DNA of 64,000 bases from Lepidodermella squamata (taxonomy: Eukaryota > Animalia > Gastrotricha), in assembly GCA_047495785.1 (NCBI GenBank), contig JBLDXI010000009.1, positions 2,480,001 through 2,544,000 on the forward strand. The letters run 5' to 3'. Under the pieces are notes generated by a model that was not told the origin of the DNA, searched no databases, and saw only the letters and a program-made list of their open reading frames with translations. Positions within the stretch are counted from its first letter, which is position 1; each line of letters begins with the position of its first letter. The position numbers were made by a program, and so were the translations under genes. Positions 40,967 to 54,800 of the stretch are shown here, one piece after another.

Positions 40967-41968
40967 TCTTCAATAAATTCTCAAAAATGCGGTTGTTCTG
41001 GAAAATTACTTCCTATATAAAGAGACTGATAAGACTTTACACGTTAAAGTTCGACGTAATCTTATGGTACAATGTTCTCACGTAGACAAGATAAGGACAA
41101 AAATAGTCATTACAGCAAGCTTTATACCAATGTCCACTTTTCTGTGAAATCTTTTGTGAATACCGTAAAAGCTCTTATTCAGGACAAAGCCTAGTCTTGT
41201 CACTTGTCGGGTCTTGAAAATAGGACAAATGGATTTTCCAGGGCTGTTTTGCCTCATTAGCATAGTTTTATTGAATCGTGCAAAAATTTGCCATAATTTA
41301 GTACTTGCACCTTCATCATCGAAAAATCCATGTGGAATAGTTTCAACCACTTTAGGGTGTAACTGCACGATTAATACAAGCATTGGCCAGCTTTTACTAT
41401 TAGTAAGGACGACCACATTGATTCACAGATTCACAGATTCACAGAGCTTCGGGTTGTTAAGGTGGAGGGGGTGCGGTGAATTCAGTAGAAGTGATAGAGA
41501 ATCTCATCATACTGAAGGTTCCATAATATTCATAACGTTTTTTTTGAAAAATGTTCGATGCATGAAGTTGAACGCCTTCCAAAACACGCGAAATGGATAG
41601 TTTCTGTTCTTTCCTTTATGCATTGGGGTCATTAATTTGTAAAATAGCCTATCGATTTCTAGATATTTTAGGTATAAACATGGCTGATTGTATATAGCAA
41701 GAACCATGATATAATCACGCTTGATGGTTGTTTCATCAATCCTTTACCACCACGTGCCAAAAAAGTGTTTGGGTAACACATTTTCATTATTTCAGAAATT
41801 ATCTCCCTTGCAATTTCTCTGACGCAATATAAGACATCTTTATTCATATAATTCATTCTCGAATTTGTAAAACATTCAAAGAATAGCAAGTTATTGCAAT
41901 AAGTACCCATAACTTCCGCGCATCAATCCTATATAGATGATGCTGCAGCTGAACTAAAATTCCGACGT

Positions 41969-42867
41969 TCAGAACATACTGTTCACCCTGTCGCAACAAA
42001 TTTGATGGCTAACACCATACTTTTGACTAGCACAATCACAATAGTTTGATGCTGATATCGATGGACAGAAAGGAAGGTGATTAGAAGTACCTCCACCCAT
42101 CGATCTGGAAAAAAGATTGAATGGATTTAGCTTAATAGAAACAAAAATGAAACCCACAATTTTTCTCGAAATGATGGCGGATATGAGTACATGCAGGATA
42201 CAAGCGATGATGTCGAAGTATAGGACGTTCCGTAAGATTGGTACATTTTAGTCAACTGAATCGCTCTAACCACCGGATAGATTGAGCAGCCAGCCAGAAG
42301 AAGCCCGAATAAGCAAGTTATGCTCAAAATTGCAGAGCATTGGTACCGCGAACGAATGCGAAACTCCCGAGTCATTTGCTCCCGATTTACATAGACCCCA
42401 ACTACTACAGGCGGGACGTTTTCTTCATTAGGATCGGATGCAGGCATTGATCCAATCATGTTCGGAGGCTTCCAAGCTAGGATTACAGCTGGAATGGCGC
42501 AGCATAACATTCCAGTAAGTAAGGATAGGGCGGATGTAATTCTGACGCAAGTCCTCATTTGAGATAAAGCACAGGTCCACATGGAATTGCCTCTATAACC
42601 ATACCCTGGGCCATAGCTCGCTCCCATTCTATAACCTGGCCCGTAACCTGGTCCAAAGCCTGAATCAGATGAATTGATGATGACTACATTATTGCCGGAT
42701 GGGACAGATATTTGAGTCGGACCGGATGCTGCATAGCCTGGGGTATGGTGAGGAACAGGCCCAGCTGAAGCAACTGGCTTGTAGGGTGGTGGTGGGGCGG
42801 ATGGAATTCTCAGTTGACGATCACTGACAACTTTTGATTCATCAGTATCCGTCTCAAGGTTTTCCAT
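41969..42867 (-). CDS. CD225/dispanin-like membrane protein with C-terminal 6-Cys domain
   Basis: Exons 42867-42158 and 42104-41969. PPPPY; SLLTGMLCCAIPAVILAWK; RYQCSAIL TM; CMYSYPPS..KL/SMGG..CPSISASNYCDC..ICCD. Confidence 0.8.
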
Positions 42868-43477
42868 GATTATTCTATAAGCAATGGCAAGCCAAACTAA
42901 AATAATCTTCTGGCATGCATTGATCAGCTTGTAGTCAGTGTAATTCTAAGCGCGAAATGTTTTTTCTATCAGCTTTTTTCTGTTTGGTGTGGGGTTCGCC
43001 TAGCAATTTCAAGGTAATGAATTATTTACCTATCGTGTGCAGTAGGTTTTCGATCGCGCCTTATAATAAAGAATAACTGATTATTGCAGCTGGCTGCCAA
43101 TTTACCATATTTATTGAATGAATGATTCATCAAATGACAGTTTAATTGAGAGACGAGAATAGAAGGGCACAGAAGGGTTTCTGTAACTCAATCACTAACT
43201 GGAAGATCAAAATAGCTTGCTAATGCAGGTTCCCATGTCAAATTCATTTGATTGATTGTTTGCTTTCTCAGCATGGCTAAGTCTCAGCCGCGGGCCAAGG
43301 CGAACAAGACTTGACTAAGGATTAAGACTAAGGACTAAGCGCAATCGTAATAATAAATTTCCATTCCCCACTGAGCATCATTATCAAAGGTATCAATCTG
43401 AAGAATGAAAGAATTATAGAGTCCTTTCATCTTCAGTGAGTGGATCTTGCCATTATCCTCCAATATTTGGTCGGTAA

Positions 43478-44086
43478 TCAATAGGGGAACGGTGTAGTTG
43501 TTGTTGCCGATAACTCCCTGTGTCTTGCAGAAAACTGGGCCGCTCGTATAATTGGATATATTGAGCATCCAAAAAATGCAACTAGAAAGATGGCGCATAA
43601 AGCTAGTATAATCGCCCGTTGATAGCGCATGCGAATCCTATACTCCCTAGCCATTTGATCGCGGTTCATTCGAGGGCCATTTGGAAGCATCGCAATTGGT
43701 GCAATGTTTTCTTCTTTGAGATCAGCTGCTGGGGTGTGATCAACAGATATCGGACGTTTGTAGGCGTAAATCACTGCTGGGATGGCACAGCAGAGCATTA
43801 GGCTAAACAGGGAGATAACCGATGAGACTTTGGCGCATCTCCTCATCCGCGATAAGGGACATGACCACATCAAGTTTCCATAACCTTGACCGCTCCGACT
43901 CCTCCGTCTTTGCGTATCAAACTGCGGATCAGGGTCTGTATCTATGATGAAGACATCGCCGCCAGATGGTGGCCGGTTTTGTGAAGCTGAACTGCCCGAT
44001 TCGTGCTGCTGTAAACCCAGCGCATGGAAAGGGGCCGAATGCCGTGGAGATGTGCGTGACTTTTTTCTCCCTTTTTCGGGTTCCAT
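43478..44086 (-). CDS. CD225/dispanin-like membrane protein, lacking PPxY and the Cys domain
   Basis: SLFSLMLCCAIPAVIYAYK; RYQRAIIL TM; stops at TTTTPFPY, where paralogs continue into the CxYPYPPS domain. Confidence 0.75.
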   Translation of the reverse strand: MEPEKGRKKSRTSPRHSAPFHALGLQQHESGSSASQNRPPSGGDVFIIDTDPDPQFDTQRRRSRSGQGYGNLMWSCPLSRMRRCAKVSSVISLFSLMLCCAIPAVIYAYKRPISVDHTPAADLKEENIAPIAMLPNGPRMNRDQMAREYRIRMRYQRAIILALCAIFLVAFFGCSIYPIIRAAQFSARHRELSATTTTPFPY

Positions 44087-44536
44087 ATTGCCGTTTGCGT
44101 AGATCCTTCTAAAAGCTCAACATTTCATGAAGAATGGTGTCTTCAATTGCTTAGTTTTGCTCGCAGTTAGCGTATTGTAGTGAAAGAGTAAATAATTAAT
44201 ACATGTTGATTGATTTTTCTTTCGATAAAGATTTCGACTGTTTTATACTCATACTAGGCCCCAGTCAGAACTAAGTTGGTTTGAAGGCCCAATTCGATAA
44301 AATGGCTTGAAAGTGTAACATGGTTGACCGTGTTACGTTGCTTCTTTGATTTTTCAGTGTTAGCTATGTGCAGCAGGAATTCTTCTTCCGGAGAAGCCAT
44401 CGTAACAATAATTTCTACCGCAGATGAAAATCATCATTAGGCATCAGGCATATAGGCATTAGGCATTAGGCTTGGATATAGTAAACTTGTCATCGTAAAA
44501 CTTTATTCCACTTGAAAAAATTCAGAAGAATGATGG

Positions 44537-45481
44537 TCAACTTTTAGTAGTGACCTCAATGCAGCATTCGTCGAAGGAATAATCATACAAGCGCGAACGA
44601 GAAACACAATCGCAATATGATCTAATCGATTGTACCCACCGAGCGACGCACACGTTGATAGCATCATAAATAGCTCCGCCCATTTGTCTGTAAGAAACGT
44701 TAATTTTTAGCCAATTAAATCAAAACTTATATTCTCACAATTTTTGTCCGTTTGACGGCGGGTAAGGATATTGACATATTAGCGGCGGAGAGGTTTTAGT
44801 CATTGACGTTGTCGCCTGTGTAGCAGCAGACAACTCGCTGTATCTTGCTGAAAACTGAATCACATTAACTATCGGATAGCATGCGATACCGAAGATAGAA
44901 ATGACCAGAAAGCAGCTCGTCGCCAAAATAATTGCCGTTCGGTAACGCGAACGAATGGCCAGCTGATCGTAGTTAACTACCCTGAATTCATTGGAGATGG
45001 GTGTCGTGACACCAGGCGGATTGACGTTAATGTTGTTGGAATCAGCTTGGCCACCATTACTTGCAACAGGATTCGGCTTTTTGTAAGCGTAAATCATAGC
45101 TGGTATCGCACAGCAAAGCAAGCCAGTGAATAGCGACATCACCGCTGTAACTTGAGCACATTGTTTAAGCTCTGACAAAGCACAGCACATGGCGTTGGTG
45201 TTGCCAAGGAAGAAACCCTGGGTTCTTCGCCGTGAGTGCCATGGGTCGAGCATCATAGTCGGAGCAATAGCAGTATTTATGATGACGACGTTGCCACCCG
45301 GTTGAATTTGGGCAGGGGCTGCAGTTTGAAATCCCTGATGATTCCCGGTATATGATGGAACAGCGACCGTAGGCGGCCTGTAAGGTGGCGGGGCTGCAGA
45401 ATATGGCGGCGGTGGGCGACTGTATTGTCTTTCCATTTCCGGTTCCATTTCCTTTGCTTCTTGTTGAAGCGTCCTGGCCAT
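44537..45481 (-). CDS. CD225/dispanin-like membrane protein with C-terminal 6-Cys domain
   Basis: Exons ~45481-44739 and ~44687-44537. Two PPPY; SLFTGLLCCAIPAMIYAYK; RYRTAIIL TM; CQYPYPPS..KL/QMGG..VC..SYCDC..ECC. Confidence 0.8.
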
Positions 45482-45860
45482 TGTATCTTCTATTAAGGGT
45501 AGCTCACTCGACCGTTTCCACTCATATGTATATTATCGTAGAAGAAACATGTGTTGTAGTATTCAATCAGTTATCGATTAAACGTTCAGGCTGGTAAATA
45601 ATTCACACAGGTTCAAAATAATCGAATACGAACTTCCCACGCATTCAAGTTGAACCTTTCTATTTCGCTGCATCACCTCCGACAATAAAACAGATTCGTG
45701 AGTCTGAGTCAACTGATTTTACAGGATTCGGAGCCGAAAAACCAAGGCAACAAAACAGCGAGATAAATTACGTTTTGAGTTATTTTCGGAATGTTATCAT
45801 GAGGAAATTCCATCCGAAATTTACGTTTTAGGATAAAAATCAGGTGAACAAACAGTTTAT

Positions 45861-48800
45861 TTACGACAGTTGTATCATATGGCACTTATCAATGATAAAA
45901 GAATAGAAAACAGCAAAATTCACTAAAATCAGCAGTTTCAGGTTGGCAACTATGAAACCAGCTGCATTTAGAGGATTCGCATCAATGCAAAGCCCTTTAG
46001 TTTCGCATACGCATCGCATGTGGGCGAAATCTGCCGGCGCCAAAACAGCCGCGTACAGCACAAAGCACCCCAACTGGTTGACTGAACCCGATTGGAGATT
46101 ACTGAATCCAACTTGCCAATCTTGCGTTTCCATAAACGCCCCTTCACCAAGGCCACTCAAATCTATCGAATCTAGTTTGGCCCCATTTTGGCTGAATGAT
46201 TCTAGTTTCATCGACGAGGGTGATAAGGTTAAACCAACAAAATTGATGCCCTCCACCATTTTAGAGGCCAATGTCATTGTTTCGGATGAGTTATAAGTGA
46301 CTGTCAAATTTCCGTCGTAACCAATTTGCCATGGTCCGATTTTCAATATTTCAAACAGACTCTTTGTAGCCATACGACAATAAATTGCAGCACTCCATTC
46401 CAAGGGCATTTTTTCGTAATCCGGAAATTCTCGAATTGCTTCAAATGGTTGAGTGGAATTTTCCGACATGTTAGAAACAATATCGACAAACGCATCTGGT
46501 GCTGGCCCAATGTAAGGCTTCCTTGTCGGACATTTGCCAAAATTTCGGCACATACATCGAGACATTGCAATTTCATCACCCCCCCAAGGCTGTATTAAAT
46601 AACGATAGACAAGTTACTGCTCCGTCGTAGCTAGGATCTGGAAACCCAATTGAGAGGTCAAAATTGTTGCTCCTCAAATTAATCTCCATAAATAGACTCG
46701 TAGAATTCACCCCGGCTTCGTCGTAGACAGTGATCACGCCGTTTTTATAGGTGAAGGCTACAAAAATCCAAGGTGCGTTATTTTCTCCATACATCCATCG
46801 CCTGGCTTTTCGAACGTACTTATCCCAAGCATGCTGAAGACCATTTTTCGCATCGTTAGGCCAGAAGTCCAACAACTCAATTTCATCATCGCTTATTTTG
46901 TTCTTCAGGCTGAGGTATTCCTCCGATATTATTAACGTGAAACCGAATTGACCGCCAATATCTAGAACTGACAGAGGAGTCGAAAAATCCCTCCAACCAC
47001 AGTATAGGTAGAACATGACGGTAAAATCTGGACTCATGGCGAAATCTTCGTAAGTAATATATAATATACGGAAGACAAGAAGGGTATATGGGTTTATAAT
47101 CGCCTGAAGGCGATTTTAAACCCATATAACCTGAATGGCTTCCGTATATGTGTGTTATCCGGGTCGTATCGTAAAATTTTCAGGGTTACTAGTATTGTAT
47201 GGTACGCTCTCGCTGAATTTCTATTTATATGGTTTGAAATTAAAAAATCCAACTTAAAAATAATCATGAAATTTGTTTCTTGCTCATTTTTTTCTCGCAT
47301 TCTTCATTTTGCGAGTTTTTGGTTCGTTTTTTACATCAAATTTCCCGCATTTCTCGCATGCTCAACAAATTGCTGTTACTGAATCACAAAATTGGGCTGT
47401 CGGACGCAAGGTGGTTCTGCTCGGTTGGCTTCGGATGGCTATCAATGCGAATTTCAAACGACCCTTCGACTTTCGAACGAAAGGCTGCTATTTGCCATGG
47501 TGTCAGGGATCACTCGATTTTCGAACCATGCCGTTCTGTATCTTCTTGCTTTCCATGTCGCAATCGATGCCCTGTTGCGATTTCTCGGATTCTGGGATCC
47601 AATGCTGCCTGAGCTGTCTTTGATTTCATCGAAAGCTGGCCGATTGTTGCTTGATCCCCGCGACATCCTGGACGAATTCTGCTCTTTCGTCGCGAATTTC
47701 CGGACGAATTCTTCTCTTTCGTCGCGAATTCCGGACGAATTCTGCTCTTTCGTCGCGAAATTCTGGACGAGTTCTGCCCGATTTTGCGAATCTCTGGACG
47801 AGTTCTGCCCGATTTTCACGAGCTCATGGCCAAGTGCTGTTCGATGGAGGTGAATGCTGCCCGATTTGATTTCAATAAAATCGTTTTGAAGTGTTGCTTG
47901 AACTTTTTTGGGTTTCTCTTGTGTGTTTGACAAGTGGGGATTTTGGTGATATTTTCTGGACAAGCGGGCATTTTTTGATATAAAAATATCAAAAAATCCC
48001 TGCCTGTTTAGAAAATATCAAAAAATCCCTGCTTGGAAGAAGGTTTTATGAGTTTATAATTCGGCCATTAAGAAGGCATATTTTACGATACGATCCGGAT
48101 AACTAACGGATATCCATCGCTAGGGCTATCAAATTTAGCGAATAATTGCATTCCAGCTGATTCGAATGGACCTTTAGTCGATGCAATCAATCGGCGGGTT
48201 GAAACTTGTCGCATTCCTTTACCGGTTACGAAATCGTGAGTCCATGATTGCATGTCGTCTAGCTCGACTAACGGCCAGTATCCGATCAGTTGATCCGACA
48301 AGGATAAGGTATTAATTGCTTTTTCACTTTCATCGCAAGGTCGACCAAAACGGCATGTACATGGTATTCGCGAGATGGAAGACCCACTTAGTACCCCATC
48401 AGTCAAAGTTAGACAAGTCATGGCATCTCCTTATAACGGAAGAATTGTTTTAATTAGTATAATTAATGCCTAGTGTGACTTACCGTGGTTCATTCCACCA
48501 AACCTGAAACCAGTAATATGTGAAGTTTTGCAATTCGAAGATATTTGTTCCAAGGAAGAATCGCCATTTAAACTTCCAATAAAAGATCCAGAAGATGAAA
48601 AGACATTCCAAAAGTTACTTTCAGAATCAAGAGTTAGAGCTCGGAAAATCCATTGATCAGAGGGCCAAATGTTATCATTTTTGCAGTAATTAATGGTAGA
48701 GACTATTCTAGTATCACTGAAAAATTCAGCCATGCTGCCTCTGCTGCCGGATGGCTTGCGTATGAAGAACGCCAATGAAAAATTTGAAATCGTATTTCTT

Positions 48801-51800
48801 GTACTCAGCCAGTGAGTTTAAATAGTGAAGATTCTCCCCAATTCCAATCGCGCTTCTCGGGTAAGAGTCGCGATCACCCATAACAATTTCAATGGATTTG
48901 GCCTGTGAAAGACCTGCCAGTCCGAATGTGAACTCCGGGCGCATAAGTTTCGTGAAGTTGAGATGCCAAAGCCCGAGCACACTTTTCGGCTTCTAAGCAT
49001 GGGAAATTTTCAAATTATTTAAAACTTTTCAAATTTGCCACCAAATATTTTAGAAATGAATACAAAGCACATAAATCTTGGATTTAAAGCATTTCTCGAT
49101 TTCTTTATTAATTTTTAATCTAAAATTTGAATTCACAAGTAAGTATTTTGCCTATTTTGCCTATTTTGCCCTCAGCATCTCCGAAATTCTGAGCTTTGAC
49201 GCAAAGATGAATCATAAATCATGCTCTTGCTCTTACCAAGAACTTAATTTTCAAAGTGAATTTGAACTTACATCACAGTTTTGCCCTGTCCAGCCTGGAT
49301 TACAGAGGCACCGATAGTTATCAGGACCATCAGGTTCGCACAAACCCATTTCGCAAGGGCTGTACTTCTCGCAGTCATACGACTCTATCACCGAACAAAT
49401 CCTACCAGGGTAAGATGGCTTACAAACACATCGACCTTCTTCAACGTAAGCAGTATTTTCAGTGATACACGATGGTGTAATAGGCGCATCGATATCCGGG
49501 CAATAACCCTTATTCTTGCAAACGCATTGAAGGCGGCTGATTTCTTCAGGGGACAATGCCACTCCATAGATCATCAAACAGCTCATAGCATAATTGACTG
49601 GCAATTGAATACGGCTTAGTTTCCAGACTCCATTTCCAGATGTCGAGTTCGACTCCTGGGCAGCTTGCGCTTTCTCTAATACCGAGCCGAATTCCGAAAT
49701 TAGTTTCAACACGATCGCTTCATTGTCCATTTCTACTGTAAAGGAAACGAAATTCCAGTCACTAGATCCCAAATAATTCGTTTCTACATAAATTGGTCGG
49801 TTAGATTGTCGAGTTGTTTGAACGATAATGTAGTGATCAATAACTTCCACGCTGACTTGCACAGCAGGGCTGGAAATCGAAAACAAGTTCACATTGCGTA
49901 GGAGTGGAGTTGAATGACTTGATCGATATATGTAGAAAGCGATGGTCATATTCATTAAAAGTGGCAGGGGGTCTTCAGTGAAGTGATCTGCGATGTGATC
50001 ATTGAAACGTTTTTGATTGTAGACAAACTCTGCATTGTTAAATGGGCCAGTCATGAATTTTACATCGTGACGTTTCCGCCCAGCTTTCTTCTGAAATGTT
50101 TTGTAACCTTTGATCACATTTGTTTCGCCAGCCGTATCCAGCGGGAAGTAAGCCATTAAGGCATTCGTGGAGCTACAACAGGTCGGGTCGGTCTGTATAG
50201 ATGACAAATTTGCAGCTTAGCACAGGCCCGATCGGCTATAGGCAAGCGGCACTCGCATGAGGAACCTCTAGCGCATTCCACTCGAATTGGTTCGACTGTC
50301 TTTTCTAAATCATCAGCTTTCGGGCAATAGCCTCTGTTCTTGCAAATGCAATGGAATAAACCGATCTGGCTGGGCGCTAGAGCAGCTTTGTAAATCAGAA
50401 GACAGCTCATAGCGCTAAGCTGTGGCAACTTTATGGGGTCCAACGTCCAAGTTGTGGTTTCGGGAGCGGGTGGAAAAGCTAATACTTCAAAATTCTTCGT
50501 AGCAATTACGGAACCAAATTCGGAAATCAAGTTAATGACAATCGATTTTCCAATCAGGACCGATACAGCGAAAAAGTTCCATTGACTTTCAACCATTTCG
50601 CGTTGAGATTCGACGGTCAAGCTCGACGAAGAACCGTTTGAAAATCTCGTAACGATGCTCGCAGTTAACTTGTTCCCTCGCGATTCGATAAGAATTCGGC
50701 AGAACGGACCTCGAAAGCTCAATACTGTATGTTTCCACGATTCTCTACTCGAACAGTTTCGATACAAATAGAAAGAAATCGTCATATTGATTATTGGTGG
50801 CAGGAATCCATTATCGAAGTATTCATGCAAGTGTTGGGAAGATGTTTGCTGTTTATAGACGAATCGTTCATATCCAAATGGATCGAAGTGATTCTCCAAG
50901 TTGACTTCGCTAGATCCAGTTTTTCGTACAATAGTACCGGGCCATTCAACTGTATTGGCCTCGTCCAATGCCTCAAGTGGTAGATACGCTATTAATTCAG
51001 TAACCTTAGGTCCAAAGAATTGTCGCGTGAGTTTCCTTCTCTTGCACAATGGATCAATTTTCTTAGCGCAAATTCGTCCCGTGTAACCCGGCCGGCATTC
51101 GCAGTCATGGGACATCAGGGCATTTTGGGAATGACATGCTAGCGGGATGCTCGTGGCCTCTGCTGCTTCGGGGCAGTTTCCGCCAGCTTTGCAAACGCAA
51201 TGTAGCTGAGCGATCTGCTCTAATGTCAGCTGGGCCTTGAAAAGCATAATGCAACTCAGAGCATCGCCAAGTGGAAGGCGAATAGGGCTTAACTTCCAGA
51301 TTCCCGATTGCAAATATTCGTTCTGCCAATCTAAACTAGCACTGCCCATCACCAATCCTCTTTCCGATACGAATTCCAAAGTGGTCGAAGCATGCCTTAT
51401 AGCGAAGAAATTCCAATCGCCATCTTCCATCTCGGTTGGATAATGCAGCGTCGTGTTTGATATTACACTCACAAACCTTGCTAGAATCGTGTTGCCCGTT
51501 TGTTCCACACTGATCGAATAAGCAGGTCCGATGAATTCGAACAGGACCCTGTGGTATTTAATATCGATCGAGGAGCAGTTCTGAAATAGGTAGAACGCGA
51601 TAGTCAATCCCGAAAGCGAGGTGATAATTCCGTCTGTAATGTGCTCAGGAATAGAGTCTTGAGCAGTGTTTTGCCGGAACACAAGTCTCGTATCGCCAAA
51701 AGCACTAACCATCTTCTCAAGATTCACTTCAGCAGGTACCTTCGCGCTAGCCAACATCTGATCTCCTGAAATCACGTTCAATTGTTCCGATGCATCTAGC

Positions 51801-54800
51801 GGAAAATAACCGATCAAGTCGTCAGCTTTAGGACTGATAACATGACGGCTTAATCGTCGTCGTTTACACTCCACTGAAGAGGATTTCATGCAAATCCTGC
51901 CGTAGTAGCCAGCTTTACAAATGCATTGCGCTGGGAGTGACTTTTCGGTGTTGTTTTGATCGCAACTCAGCGGAATTGAATCTTGAGGGGTGGGTGTAGC
52001 TTGAGGGCAATTACCGCGGTTTTTGCAGACGCAATGTAACGTACCAATCTCTTTAGGGGTCAAAGGAGCGTGGAAAACGATCAGGCAACTTAAGGAATCG
52101 TCTTTGGGGAGTTTGATTGGTCTCATTATCCAATCCCCTTTTACCGGTCGTCTTAAACGAAAATGTCTGGCTAGCAATAATCTCGCCTGTTTCCGAGAAA
52201 AGCCCCAGCCCCATGACTTTATCGGTAATGAAAACTGATGCAGCAATAAAATTCCAGTCGCCGTCAATAACATCAAACTGCGACTCGACATCAACGCTTG
52301 ATCTCTTATTCGGCGTGACAATAATCAATCGTGGTTTGGTGCCAACTGTTGTTACAACAACTTCAAAACCTTGCAGATCGAACCTAACAATTTCCCGTTC
52401 GAAGAGAACCTCGGAACTGGAGCAAGACCTGAAGTAATAGAACGATATTGTAAGCGCCATATTTAGCGGCATGGTACTGGTCGAAATATGCTCAGGTATT
52501 GAGGCCGTAAGACTTGTCTGTGAAAAAACTTCAGTGATAGAGCCGAAAGGTCCCGTGGTAGATGTTGTCTGCAGAAACTCAGAGCCGGGTCGCTTCACAA
52601 AAGTCCGAGCGCCCCTTACGCCGTTTTCAATCTTTTTCGAGTCCAACGGTAAGAAGGCCATCAAACTGTCTACGCGGGGACCGAAATAAGGCCAATTCAG
52701 TGATCTGAATTCGCAAGTTATGAGCGGCGGCTTTGAACAGATCCTACCGCTGTATCCATCCTTACATTCGCATCCTGCATCTGACGACATGGCCGTACCC
52801 ACCTCGGCGCATTTTAGAGCTGCTTTTGCCTCGTCACTTGCTTCGGGGCAGTTTCCTTTAGTTTTACAGACGCAATGAAGCTTCCCGACTTGATCTTTGG
52901 ATAAAACCGAGCTGAACACCGATAAGCAACTCATGGCATCGCCAACTGAAAGCTTGATTGGCTTTAGTCTCCACTCGGTCCCAAGCCCCGAGGGCAATTG
53001 CAACGAGTCGAAAGCTTGGCTGCCCAAAGTATCGCCTCTTTCCGACAAAATATTTAGATACATTTTGTCCGAGGATTCTGAAACAGTAGCTGCAACGAAA
53101 TTCCAGTCATCGATAACAAGTTCATCTAAAGAGTCAACATAGTAATTCACTTCCCCAGTAGTAACGCTTAGGCGAATTTTGTTTCCTGCTACGGCAATCT
53201 TAACATTGTATGCAGGTCCTTCCATGCGAATGATGTCACGGTAAAATACGATATTATTCCGAGGGCAGCTGCGGTAGAGGTAGAAAGAAACCGTCAAATT
53301 CATCAGCGCAGGTAAAATCCCCTCGGATATGTGCTCAGGAATGAAGTATGCCTGGTGGATTTGGAGGAAAACTTTGGTTTCCTCGTTGAAAGGTCCCAAC
53401 ATAGGTGCAAGAAACCTCGATATGTCAACTTGGGAACTCATTTGCAGCGTCGGAGTGCCTCTAATCACGTTCGTTGGATCCCGCGGGTCTAACTGAAGAT
53501 GAGCTAGCATAGTTGCAACTTGAACACCGTAGAATGGTCGACTGAAAGTTCGCCTTTCGCATTTTGTATCCAATGATTTCGAACACGTTCTGCCACCGTA
53601 GCCTGGCTTACAAATGCACTCATCTGCAGAGTAGTTCAGGGTGTTTTCGGCATGGCATTCCAAAGGAACCTTCACATCCGGGCAAACGCCCTTATTTTTG
53701 CAGACGCAATGAAGCCAAGAGATTTGTGTCGGGGTCAACGCAGTTCGAAAAATCATAAGGCAGCTCAAACCATCATCTACGGGCAGCTGAATGGGTCGCA
53801 TAGTCCATTTATCGGCCATGCCGATTGCAGCAGCGTTCCTAACCTTGACTGCTCCGAAGTACATGCCGGTTTCTGACATAATATTCATCTCAATCTGATT
53901 CGTCACAGTTACAGTTACAGCGAAGAAGTTCCAGTCGCCATCTACAAGTTTGAATGGCGATTTTATGGAGTAGGATTTCGACTCCCAATCAAAATTGGCC
54001 GTAAGAAAATGTCTCTTTGAGGAGACGTGAAAAGCGAATAAAGGTGCATCGATTCGCATGAGCTCTCGTTCGACTGTCACTTCCTCAGATGTGCAATTTC
54101 GAAACAAATAAAACACCAGGGTCAAATTGGCGATATCTGGTAAATTGCCTTCCTGATGAAATTGAAGGACAGCACCTTCCTTTTGCACGAAAACCAGGTT
54201 GCTTTTGCCGAATGGGTCGACCTTAGTAGTGAGCTCGATCGTCCCATCAGCTATTTGTAGGGTTCCGTTGCCAAGGATAATATTTCCAACGCCATTCGTG
54301 TCAAATGGAATATAGGCGACCAAACTGTCAGACCCCGGAGCATTAGTTTCTCTAAGGTAGATCCGCCGTTGTTTGCACTCCTTAGTTGTGATTTTCGCAC
54401 AAACCCTGCCGGCAAATGGCCACTGACATTTACAACCTGTGGTTGTAGCTGTCCCACTGTTGTAGCATTGCAAAGCGATTGGCTTTGGATCGCCATTTAA
54501 AGGATCTGCCGACGGGCATATACCATTATAGCGGCACACACAGTGTAATGTTGCTATTTCTTCCTTCGATAGTGCTGCTTGGTATACCAGAAGGCAGCTT
54601 AACGCATCTCCAACAGGTAAGCGAATCGGTTTAAGAGTCCAATTCGATAATTGCTTATTCGGAATGTTTAAATCAAAATCCGCTCTGCTCGAAATCTGGC
54701 CTGTTTCCGTAACCAACTGCACTGTCGCTCGTCTGCCTGAAATGCTCACCGTTGCAGCCACGAAATTCCAGTCGTCATCTTCCAGTTTATCACTCGATTT

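Noticed and set aside
43335-43598. Alternative-frame ORF as a frameshifted Cys domain of the 44086 gene
   Set aside because: Its translation lacks the YPPS/YCxC/CC pattern.
47273-47963. Several overlapping ORFs of 110-169 aa
   Set aside because: They arise from the intronic minisatellite and repeat insert and have no protein-like features.
52139-52145. A 7-nt GTAAAAG 'micro-intron' that would repair the frameshift
   Set aside because: Far below any plausible spliceosomal intron size; introns here are ~45 nt or longer.
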